Origin: Cyanophora paradoxa CCMP329
Taxonomy: Eukaryota; Plantae; Glaucophyta
Assembly (NCBI GenBank): GCA_004431415.1
Contig: QPMI01000291.1
Span: forward strand, 12,853-76,852
Reading direction: 5' to 3'
DNA length: 64,000 nucleotides
A program made the translations under genes and the position numbers. Under the pieces are notes generated by a model. It was not told the DNA's origin. It worked only from the letters and a program-made list of their open reading frames with translations, and did no database searches. This document shows, piece after piece, positions 11,649-23,300 of this stretch. Numbering within the stretch: the stretch's first letter is position 1; each line of letters begins with the position of its first letter.

Positions 11649-14070
11649 CAGCCCGAGCCCAAGCCGAGCTCGTCGCCCAGCCCGAGCGCTAGCCCGTCGC
11701 CCAGCCCGAGCCCGAGCCCGAGCCCGTCGACGTCGCCGAGCCCGACACCGAGCTCGTCGCCGAGCCAGAGCCCGTCGCCAAGCCCGAGCCCGAGCCCGTC
11801 GCCCAGCCCGAGCCCCAGCTCGTCGCCCATGGCCAGCCCGAGCCCGTCCAGCCCGAGCCCGTCGCCCAGCCCGAGCCCGAGCTCGTCGCTGAGCCCGAGT
11901 CCGAGCCCGAGCCCGAGCCCGTCGCCCAGCCCATCTTCCAGCCTGGGCTCGAGCCCGTCGCCGAGCCCATCCGGTACACGCTCGACCGATATCTGCATAA
12001 CCGGGAATGCTACAGCCCGTCTCATCAAGTTGGCGTCACTTGAGGTATCGATTAAATTCAGCAGCAATTGTTCTCCACCCGCACTACGTGCTCTCGTCCG
12101 GCAGCTCGGCTCCCAGAGCACGGCAGCGCTTATCAAACTCTCTTTTGTCTCAGCGGCAGTGCAATCAGCCGTACTCAATGCCGCGATCCATAATTTAGAA
12201 GCCGGTGACATATACGAGCTCGAGATTTCCCTGGACTTGGACCCCGCCGCGGATCCGGACCTGGACCCCGAGGCAATTGATGATCCCCGTTCGCCATTTA
12301 CATCGAAACCTACGGTGGCAATCTTCCAGTTTCCACGTAAGCTCGAAATTTAATTTGCATGAAACCTGAACGATTATTAATTTGCATGAAATTTGAACGA
12401 AAGGGCCGAATCCTATTCCTTCCCTTCGTGTTGTCGAGTCAGGACAAACCTGGATATCCTTTTCCTGGGGTGAGCACTTCTTCTTGCGCGTCCATTACCG
12501 CGCTGATCGTCGTACTACGGTAGACATGTTTGAGTTCGATTCTAGAGTTTTCTCCGCCAGGTCAGGATTCGACGGTCTCAGGCTCCAATTTGGAGAGGGC
12601 TGGGCTCGCAGCAACTTTACCATAATCGTGAAAGATTCGACTGGTTCGGAGGTGTATTTCGTCGGCGACAGAAACGAAATAAATGCGACCAATCTGGTTT
12701 CGGGGCGTCTTTACAGAGTAAGCGTTAGGCAAGGTTGGGTTGGACTCCCTGAATCGCTTCCAAGCCAATCGATCCTTGCTCGAACGTCGCCAAAGTCGTC
12801 CGGTACCTTGTCATATTCTCAATCATCCTTGTTTATTTTATGCAGTGGGTTGAAACAAACTTTTTGTTTTTTAAGAATCGAAGGCCGCGGCCGCGGTGCT
12901 CCTGCCATTCTCCCTCCTACTTACGGAAGCGGAGATCTCTGAGCTGGTGACGCAAGGAGGGACAGCAGGGAGAAGGCCCGTTGCTCAGTTCGAAATGGAT
13001 TTTGCAATGCCATGCGAGATTATGAATGCCCGTGTGATGAAGCTCGTCTTGACCGCAATCATTCGGGTGCGTCAATCCGATGCGTCAACCCGATGATTCA
13101 TATACTTTCTTTAAATCTTGAGTTGATGGAAACCGGAATAGACGACGGCAACCGACGTCACTGCTGCTCGAATCAGCGTCCACTTTTCCTTGATCAGGTG
13201 TGTGGAAGCGACGAGCGGAAGCGGGCCCGATCGGAGGCAATTGGAGGGGAAAACAAACGCGACGATAGCAGCTGGTCCTGCAGAATTTACCTCTGCAGAC
13301 TTCCAGGCCAGCGTCGACTCGAGCCTAGGTGATACCGACTGGGCCAACAGCCTTGCGGTTCTTGAGCGAGCGTTGGGCGACGGCACTGCTGTGCGTTACG
13401 TCGAGGCCGAGAGCGGGGTCGTTGTTCTGAAGTCGCGCGTCACAATGAGCCGCTTAAGCTCGCCTTCGTCGACGTCAAGCTCGCCGGACTCGACTGCCAG
13501 TGCCGGCAACGCACAAGCAAGCTCCAGCTCAAGCGCCGGCTACAGCGCGGCCGTAGTGGCCGGAACCGCGGCGGCGTGTGGTTGCGCCGTGATTGTCGTC
13601 GTTGCAATCGCGGGAACCGTGGTGGTCCGTTCGCGCCGGCGGCAACGTGAGCTCCGCTTCGCGCGTGCATATGCGGATCCGGATCCTGCACTCGAGCTCG
13701 GCGACTGCGAGTCTAGATCTGTCGAACCCGAGGTGATCAATTTGTTCATAATTCTAAAGATCTAGAGCAAAAACACGATTTAAGAACCCGTTTATGAACG
13801 TTAACCAACGTTAACTGATGACGATCTTGGCATACAATTTCTGACCCAACCACGTGCACTGTGCGCTCGCAGGGTGGGTTCTCCGGCAACGTCAATCCCC
13901 GACGTGTACATGTATTTGGCACCGAGGCCCTCGATCGCGAAGTGACCCCCAGAGCTCCTTCAGAGCCGGGCGGCCTGCTCTCAATCGCAACCATCAACAG
14001 ATCTAGAATCGATAACGACATCACCCGCGATCGCAGTTCCGAGTTCCGTGTTGTTTCAGTCGACCTCTAA
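7489..14070 (+). CDS. Large multi-exon predicted type I membrane protein: signal peptide, possible NHL/beta-propeller and FN3-like segments, (Ser-Pro)n stalk, single TM helix, short tail
   Basis: [21 protein letters not shown] signal-like start at 7489; NHL-like [13 protein letters not shown]; SP repeat 11210-11975; hydrophobic [27 protein letters not shown] then RSRRRQR (~13547-13650); last exon ends at TAA 14070. Internal exon structure is unresolved and the span could hold more than one gene. Confidence 0.5.
11210..11975 (+). repeat. Coding hexamer repeat (AGCCCG/TCGCCC)n encoding (Ser-Pro)n, HRGP-like
   Basis: SPSPSP read in ORF 11153..11692 and continued in ORF 11187..12353, with a 1-base frame switch near 11608. 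Confidence 0.9.
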
Positions 14071-14367
14071 TAACGAGTCACACTGAGTCCGGGATCCTCA
14101 AGATTCTATGAACGGCTTCACGTGGCGAAACCGGTTCAAACGATTGAAATGATGAGGAAAGGCAGATTCGACTTCATGCCCCCACCAGATTAAAAAATTA
14201 AACTTAGTCATGATCGATATCGATGTTGGAAACGGTCAGGTGCTGCTGCTGAGTTCGAGGACCCAGGCCGAGGCGGCTCTCCCGCCAGCTCCTGTAGAGC
14301 ACTGAACGTGCACTTGGAGCTCGCGCCGTTGGACTAGGCTGCGGGGCCTCTTCGATTTCAGCAGTGA

Positions 14368-17300
14368 TCACGGATTATTTGAGAGAGGCGGGGCATGCGC
14401 AGGGTTTTTGAGCGCGGCGGGGGCAGGTTCATGACGCTCCGGGGGCGCACCCGCTGGGGACGAGGGCAGAGAACTCGACGTCCGCGCGGCGGCGCCTACT
14501 ACGGCTACCCGCGGGGCGCGGCCGAAGCCGACGCGCGCGGCGGGGGCGCAGGCGGTGGTGACGTTCGTGAAGCTGGTGGGGCACCCGGCGATCAACGCGG
14601 GGCTCGTGCTGGCCGGCTGCGGAGCGGGCGGGACCCCCTCGCCAAGCTCGGTCGAGCACGGCGGCGACCAGGGACCCGTCGCCGCCCATACGGACCTCTG
14701 CCGCGGGGGCCACGCCGAGTCCCATAGTCTCCGCGAGCGCCCGGCCATCCCGATCCAGCGCGATCGAGCCTGCCGCAAGCCAAAGCTTAAGCTTAAGCTA
14801 TTTATAACGCAAACTCCGAAAGCCAACTTCAAGGCACCGGCGGGCGCGCGGCCGTCGTCGAGGACGACGACGCCGACCTCGCAGACGGGCTCCTCGCACG
14901 CGTCCGTCGCGTTGTACTCGAACTGCCGCCGTCGCCCCGCCGGCCCGGCCCGTCAGCAGCGCGCTACTTATACGTAATATATGCGCCGCGCGGGCGCGGG
15001 GCGCGGGTACGCTGCAGCACCGTACCGAGAGCGTGACGGTGCCGTTGGGGGCGGCGAGCGTGGCGAGGCTGACGTCGGACGCGATCGGAACCGTGCTGTC
15101 GTTGGCGAATCCGGATCCGGAGCAGCTGCGCGCGGACGCGGGCCCGGGCTCAGTCAGTTATCACGAGATCAACTTTCAGTAGCGGACCTGCAGCCGAGCA
15201 CGAGGAACTCGGAGCCGTTGATGCGAGCAAAGACGCCCCCTACGTCCAGCTGTGGCAGAGACCTCCGCTCCACCTGTAGCGAATAGAGAGCGTGAGAGCC
15301 ACATATATTGAGGCAAGAGCGGAAGAAGGGGTTGAGGCAAAATTAAAAAGGGGCTCGCCACTACAGTGGACGTGCAAACTGCAGCCGGGCCCTCGCCGAG
15401 TCCGACTTCCACGCGCAGCGGAGCGCCCGTCGCGGTGAGCTGCGCGCAGGCCGGATCGGAGCCGGTCAAGATTGTCTCGATAAATTAAAGGCTTCGATCG
15501 CGAAGGCCGCACGGGAGTGCCGGGTGGGATGGACTGGACGGGCCCGACGGCGTATGCGCGCTCGCATCGGGGGACAGCGCCCATCTGAGAGGAAAGCGGT
15601 GAGAAGATCCCCGAGGCGCCGAAGATCCCCGGTGAGAAAGCACGTGGACCTGAGGCCGAAGGTCGTCCATCGGGACAGAGCACTGCAGCTGGGGATGAGC
15701 TCGAGCGAGAGGGGAAGGAAGCGAAGGGCAGGAAGCGTGGGCGGGCCTGCCCCTCGGGTATGCGCTTCACGATCCTTGGGGGCGGGCAGGATCCGGAGCC
15801 ACCAGCGCCGGGGCAGACGCTGGGGACGAACGGGCCCTCGACTGAAGCGCACGCGGTCATATTTCTGACGGCTTGATCATGAGCTTTGGCCCCGACAAGC
15901 TGGCGCACCAGCAATGACGAAGGAGCAGGAGGCGTTGGTTTCGGGGTGCGCGAGGAGGGACCACGTGAAGTTCGCGGCGTGTCGCCCGCTGTCGCGGCGC
16001 CGGCGTCAGCCGCGAGACTCGCGATCGGCGGGCAGGCTCTGCTTATCGCGCCTGCTGCTGGCGGGCACGTCGGGGCTGGCCGTGACCGCCAGCTCGTACG
16101 CGGGGTTGGTCACGTTGGCGTAGGCAGGGACGAGGAGCGTGCCGGGGGGAGGCCACTGCCGGAATTCGAACTGGAGCGTCCAGATCAGCCCGGGCCGGGG
16201 GACAATGGAGCGGACGATACACTAGTAGAACAAACGATCTAGACGTCGACGTATAGTACGCACCATACCCGGGTCCAAACCGGCGAGATCGGAGATGTTC
16301 GGCATAAGGGCGCCCTGCGACAGGGCATCACGATCGATGGGAAATCTTGAGAACTCCCCCAGGGCCAGGCGCACCACTATGCGGACGCCGCCGCGGAGGA
16401 TGCAGTCGAGGGACGCGGTCGTAACGTTCGGCGAGGGGCACGCGAGCGGCGGCCGCGCGTCCGCTGCGGCGCGTCGGCGTCGGGCCGCAAAAAGATCAAA
16501 TTAAAGGGACGGACAGCGGACTCCGGAGGGTCCACACGACGATTGTGACGGGGCCCGACTCGAGGCGGCCGCCGTCGCAGGCGGGGGCGCGGGCGCGCGC
16601 CTCGATCTGGTAGGGCGTGCCGGCCTGCAGGCCCTCCAGGACGGCGAAGGTCCCCCGGGCGTCCACGGGCAGGGCATCGCGCCACGGCTCCGAGTCCGAG
16701 ACGTTGTAGCTGGCCACGGACCGGGGGAGCATGTTTAATTTGGATAGTAAAGTAAAGTGAAGTGTAAAGCGCAGGGTGAAGCGCACCCGGCGGGCCAAAC
16801 GACACTCGCAAAGTTCGAGTTGTTGTTCGGGGCACGGCGGTATGAGACACGCACGGAGCCGGGGCGCACGCCCGACTGAATCGGCTGCCACTGCGCATGC
16901 AGGCAAAGGCGTTCAGTATTTCACGAGCATGCATATATATACCGCAGGAACCTAAAAATGGAAAAGCCACACATTAGCAACGAGAACTGAGGGGGAGGCG
17001 GCTGTGGCGTTCAGGGAGACAGGGCCGGGAGGGGCTGGCAGTCCTGCACGCCGGCGATGTGACGTGGAACGATGGGAAGGGTTCGAATCCACGCACCATC
17101 GACGATGGCGGACTGCGGTTCGGCGAAGTAACCGTCGAGGCCGCGCCCGCCGAAGAGAAGAACAAGATCGGACGACACGGCGACGGCCGTGGAGCGCGAG
17201 GCGGGGCGAAGGTTTCCTCCCCCCCGCTTCTCGAGCCACTCGCCACGGGGCTCGCCCCCCGAGGCGTTCACCCAATCTAATTAAGTAATGTGAGTGGTAA

Positions 17301-20300
17301 CGTCAACTAACGTTTGTCGAGTGTGTGTCGTTTAACGCACGGCTGGCGCCCCGGAGGCAGAGGACAAAGAACGAGTCGGCCTGCAGGAGGCCGCCCTGGT
17401 CGTAGCCGCCCGACACGATCCTGACAAGTGCGGCCCCGCTCATAGCAGAAATTCGAAGGCGAGGAATTCAAAGCGACGTGCACGTGCGCACCAGAGGGGA
17501 GCAGCGGCGTCGGCGTCGGCGGCGGCGGCGGCGGCGCTGCTCGCGTTGGGGAACAGGAGGAAAGAGGAGGCCCCGGCGCGGGCGGGCGGCGAGGCGGAGA
17601 TGGATCCGTTTACGTCCGTGTCGAGCTCGACCCACTCGCGCAGGGCGAGGTCGAAGGCCTGCATGCGGGACGCAATCGCAAGTGAGGATCGATTAAATAT
17701 TGCCGGCGTGCACCCCCGCGTGCCCTCGGTCCGTATATACGTACCCACGTGTCGCCGAGGAACGTCGCAGGGGTCACGGCCTCGTTCGCACCGCCGAAGA
17801 CGAATAGCCTGCGGGCGGTGTTCGTGCGCATGCATCCGGTAGGACGGAGGCTCGGAGCTGGCATGGTCAGCGCTAGCGCGCCTGTCAGCGTAGAGAGCGA
17901 CAGCGGCCTCTTCGCGGGGCGGCGGCTGCGTTCGTTCCGCTGCGCCGTCGACGTCCTGGCCCTGTGGCTGCGGCGCGGCGCGCTGCAGAGCGGGCGAGGT
18001 GCGTGAGAGGGATGCGGCGCGGCGCATTGCAATCACCAATAATCGTTTTTATCTATAATCACCTCCCACGTGTTGGCGTCGACGTCGTAGAGGAGGACGT
18101 CCCCGCGGGGCCCGAGGCACCCGTCGTGCCCGCCGTACAGCACCAACCGGAGCCGTCCCTGGGCGCGCGACCATCCTGAGGGAGGCCAACGCACAGGGCG
18201 TGCGAGGCGAGGCAGAGGGGCGCACGTCCGCGGCGCTTGGCCAGGGGAGGAGCGAGGCGCCGCGGCGGCCGCAGGTGAGGTCGGCGCCCCCGGCATCCGC
18301 CGGCGGCGGCGCCAGCTGTAGCCCCCAGCCAGGTTAGCGTGGAGAGCCGCTGAAAAGGACAAACTTAACGTTTGGCGAGGCGCGCGCCTGCTCCCAAAAG
18401 CCCGAGGAAGCGTTTAACGCCTGTTACGGGAGCACGCGGCTCAGATGCGCGCGGGGCCGAAGCTGCGTACAGGGCGGAGACGCTCACCGCCGGCTCGTTT
18501 CCTGCACCCCCGAGGGAGTCCCAGGTCGGCATGAAAGTAATTTATAATTATAAATAGAAACCGTGCACGGGCGAGAGTGCTCGCACCGGCGACGAAGACC
18601 CAAAAATCGTTGAGGTAGTCACCCGGGTCTTCCCCAGTCGTCCCTCCGTACATCCAAAGCCGAGCGGGACCTGCCGAGACCACATTCGAGACAGAGACCA
18701 CCAAATAAAGGGGTTGGGAGGTGCGTACCGGGGTTTGTGCCGCTGCCAGCGACAGCGGCGCGGGCGCGGGCCACGGGACCGTTGGGCGGCACGCCGATGG
18801 AGTACCGCGTCGCAGACAGCTGCGAGCGACTCCAACTCAAGCGAGCGTGAAATGCAAAGGCGAGCGGGGCGCGCGCCCTCAGGTCGTAGGCAACGAAGTC
18901 CTCCATGACGCGGAAGTCGGGGCTGCCCAGCTCCCCTGCGGATGGGGTTCGGCCTCTTAAGGGTACGGCGCGAGAAGGGAGGGGGATGGGGGTACGCGTA
19001 CCGACGGAGCCAAAGGGGATGTAGACGAAGCCGCCGGCGGCGGCGGCCTGCGCGTCCCGTCCCTTCATGTCCAGGTCGAATCTCACGAGGGCGAGGGCGG
19101 GGTTGGGGAGGAGCGCCCGGAGCCGCAGCGTCCCCTGCGACACGCTCTGGTTCGCAGCGAGAGCCGCAGGCGCGGAGGGGTACACCGTCCCGTTCTCGTT
19201 CGGCAGCTGCGTGGGGGGGGGGGGTTCAGGCGGGGGGCGGGGGGCGCGGGGGGTACGGGGCACGCACGGATGCGCCGGCGCCGAAGGCGTACACGTCGGG
19301 GGAGGAGGAGACGGAGAGGGAGGGGTACGCGAGCGCGCCAGCGCCGACGGCGATGGGGCGCGCCTCGGCGATCCGCACGACCGGCGAGGGGGGTACGAGG
19401 GCCTCGCTGGGGGGTACCCAGAGGGCTGCGATGGGCCAGGAGGGGTACGACTTGCTGTACAGGGGGGAGGAGACGGTGGGAGTTATGTTGGGCTGGGCCG
19501 TCATGTTCACAGCCGCCTCGGTACCCCCCACAACGAAGAAAACGCCCCCCGCGGCGGCTATCGAGGCCCCGAATAGGGGTGCCGTCACGTTCGCCTGCGA
19601 GGGGGGTACGGGTTACAACCTCGGGGGTGCAGTGCTCAAAGGGGGGTACGTATACCTCCTTGACGGCGTCGTCGAGGGAGAGGGGGAAGCTCTGGAGGAG
19701 GGCGGCGGTAGCCCCCGGGAGGCCCGAGACGGTCAGCCGGGACCAGATGGCTGTACCCCCCTGGCTCCGCAGCACCCAGGCGTCCGAGAGCAGCGCCGAG
19801 GGTGACGCCGGGTCGTAGCCTGTCGAGAAGCGTCAGCGGCCGAGAAAGAAGGGGGTGGGGGGGAAGTTGCGGGGGGTACCGCCGTAGACGAAGACGTCGG
19901 TTCCGCGGGCGGCCATCCCGAAGAAGGCGCGGGCGGGGGGGCCCTGCGCCGGTCCCGCCGCCCACGCGTACGCCCCCGCCCCCGCCGTGTACAGCGCCGT
20001 GAGCGCGAGCGCCGGCCCCTTGAGCGGCGTCGCGATCGCCGGGTCCTTCGCCATACCCCCGAAGAGCACGAGGCTGTACCCCGCCCCGGCCTCGACGGCG
20101 ACCATGCGGTGGCCGAAGAGGCCCTGCGCGTAGTACCCCGGGGGCAGCGCGGGGCCCTGCGCCCACCGCTTCGTCGCGAGGTCGTACACGATTGTGTCTG
20201 ACGAAGGAAAGTCACGGAAACTAAAAAGAAGCGCCGCGAATTAATGTTGCTGGGACCGCACCGGCGTAATGGATTACGGTGTCAGAGTACCCCACCTCGG

Positions 20301-23300
20301 AAAAGACGCGCACGATGCCGCCCGTCACGTACAGCTTACCCCCCAGGGCCGCCATCGCCGCCTGGCGGCCGAGGGCATCAGAGCGCGTCTCTGCAGACGG
20401 GAGCGGATCCCGAGCGGACCAGGCAGCGCTGGATTGTAATAGCACAGCGCGACCTCATTATCCTATAGATTTTTCGGAGTTAAAGAATCCTAAGTTCATA
20501 GAGTTGGAGTGTTAATATTAAACCGCGGTCTTATGATTCTATACATCTCATATGGTCTAAGTTTAACCCAAGGATCTGATCATGAGCGGGGCCATCGCGG
20601 ACCAGGCGGCGCTGGCGGAACGGGGCGGGGGCGACGGCGGGGTCCGTGTCGTTGGCGGCCTCCTCGGCCCACTTCCACGTCGTCGTGTCGAGGGCGCTGA
20701 GGAGGCTCGTGCCCACGCCGTTCTCCTTGAGCCCCCCGAAGACGTACACCCTGCGCCGCCGGCGCCGCTCCCCCGTCAGGGTCGAGCAGGATCGATCGGC
20801 TTCGAATGCGCTGCGCACTTCTCGCCGAGAACGGCGGCGGCGGCGTGCGAGCGCTGGTCTCTGAGGCCCGAGTGGGTGGCCATGCTTATATAAACGCCCG
20901 TCTGGTGCGGGCGGGGCCGGTTTGGGACAGCCGGCGCGGATCCGAATCGCTTTGAGGGGGCGCACCGCGGGGTCCCACATGGCGGTCCGGTCGCTCGCGA
21001 CGAGCCAGAGCTTGTCCCCCACCGCCTGAGAACCCGCTCAGAAAGAGGGAAAAGCAAAGCGTAGCGAAGCAGAGGCGCACGAGGAGGGCGTCGTGGGGGG
21101 CGAGGGCCAGCGAGGCCGTCCAGTTGGCCCGGTGCGGCTCCGCCTCGGCGGCCGGCAGGTACGACTGCACCGCCCCGCGCGCGAGGGCCGCCGCCGGCGC
21201 CGCCGGCAGCGCGGAGAACACGAGCGGCTCGGTGAGGGAGGAGGCGCCGCCGGCCTCCGTCAGGAGCAGGGAGACGTTGAGGCCGCCGGAGAAGCCGGCG
21301 GGGGCGGCCGCCTGCGTGAGCGGGCACTGCACTTTGTAGAGGACGGCGCCGCCCGCCAGGTTGCCCGAGCCGGCGATCGCGGCGGACGCGTCCGAGAGGC
21401 CCACGCGGCAGCGGAGCGTCGTGCCCGGGGGCAGCGCCTTGCCGCTCATGAGCGCGACCTGCGGGGGTGCGAGATGAGAGGCGGGACGCTCGAACCGAAG
21501 CGGCGAAGGGCGGCCGCGGGCCTCGAGGGTGAGGGAGCCCGTGGCGGGGAGGACGGCGGCGCCCGGCGCGAGGGAGAGCAGGGCCGGGCCGCCCTCGAGC
21601 GTCGGGTTGCGGGCGACGCGGCTGAAGGCGCGCGCCGGCCACGCCGAGGACGTGAAGGCGACCAGCAGGCCGGCTTCGACGGAGAGCGGGCCCGGCCAGC
21701 GCGGCGCGCGGCAGTCGAAGGCCGACGCGTTGCCGGGCACGGCCGCCGCGACCAGAGCGAAGGGCACGCCGGACATGCTGCAGGAGCGCGCGGCGGAGGC
21801 CGGCGGCGCGGGGTTGCCGGCCGGCGCCACGCGGAAACGCCCGCCCTCGGCCCGCTTCACCGCGCGCGGCGCCACTTCGCTCTGCGTGTCCGAGACCTCT
21901 GCGGGCTACGCGTGAGCGGGGCCGAGGGGTGGAGGAAGCCGCGAGAAAGCTTCTACCGTAGAATTCGAGGGGGGTGGAGATGGATGCCCAGTAGGAGGCG
22001 GGCTGGACGATGGCGGGCGGTGCGGAGAGGGCGAGGGCCTGGGCCCCGCGCCCCACGAAGCCCTCCGGCGTCGCCAGCGTCAGCTGCAGCGACGGCGCGT
22101 CCGCCACCGTCGGGCCGGCCTTCTGCACGATTGTGCCCCGCGAGGTGTTGAACCCGGGACCGAAGGAGACCACGACGGGCCCCGAGAGCATGAAGGGCGT
22201 TGCCGCCGTCGCCTGGAGCAAAGCCCGGCGGTAGCTCGCCGTCGCCATGTTGAGCCCGAAGCCGAAGCTGATCGATGGAATCGTGTAGAGGCCCGGAAAG
22301 GTGGGGAAGCCGGGGGACGGGCCCAGGCCGACGCCGAGAGCGGCGTCGGCCGTGTACGAAGCGAACTTCTCGTCGAAGAGGGGCGAGCCGCGGGAGGGGA
22401 AGCGGGCCTCGGGGGCGGCGAGGGCGAGGGAGGCGAGGCCGGCGTCGCAGGCGCCGGCGGCGATGCCGACGTCGTCCACGCTGAAGTACACGTTCGCCGC
22501 TGCCGGCGGAGGCGGGGGAGCCCGTCAGAGGCGCTCTCGAGAGGTACAACAAACTCGCACCGGAGGCGAGGGGCTCGTTGTCCCCGCCAAACCCGCTGTT
22601 GAACGAGTCGCCGAAGTCCGCCACGATGTAGATCCGCACGTACGGCGACCACCTGCGCGGGGCTGAGGGAGGCGGGCGGGGGTACATGGAGGGGATTCGA
22701 TGGAGGCGTACCCCTGGAAGGTGACGTAGTGCGTCTGCCAGGTCCCCCAGGTCGCGAGGTCCAGCCTGGGGGGTGGGGTGGGGGAGCGGAGTGGCTCAGA
22801 TGAGATTTGAGATCAGATGGGGGGGAGTCAGAGAAAAGCGGCGGGCACGGCTTGAGGAGCATGCAGGAGGAGTCGGCGAAGTCCGTCCCGGCGAAGTGCG
22901 TGTTCTGCGAGTTGGAGGGGCCCCAGACCACCACCGGGCATGCCGCCGTGGGGGTACCGATCCCCCGGACGATGTCCCAGGGCCTGTACCCCGGCGAGTC
23001 GACGTCCCACGAGAACTTGAGGCCAACGAAGAACTTGGCCTTCGTCTCGTTGAACGCCCCGTACTGAATGGAAATGGAAGAGGCGTGATTAAGGGGGGTA
23101 CATGAGAAAGAGGGGGGTAGGGGTAGGGCACCTTGACGCGGGCGGCGAGGCAGGAGGGACCCGTAATGGGTACATGGATCGGGGGGGACTGCACCCAGTA
23201 GTTGCGGCTCGGGTTCGCCGTGGGGTACGTCACTCCCATGCTGCGCGAAACATCCGCTCGGCGCGGGACAGAGGTACTATTCGAAGAGGGGTACGCACTC

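Noticed and set aside
11183-12211. Antisense and alternative-frame GL/RA repeat ORFs
   Set aside because: Shadow frames of the Ser-Pro hexamer repeat.
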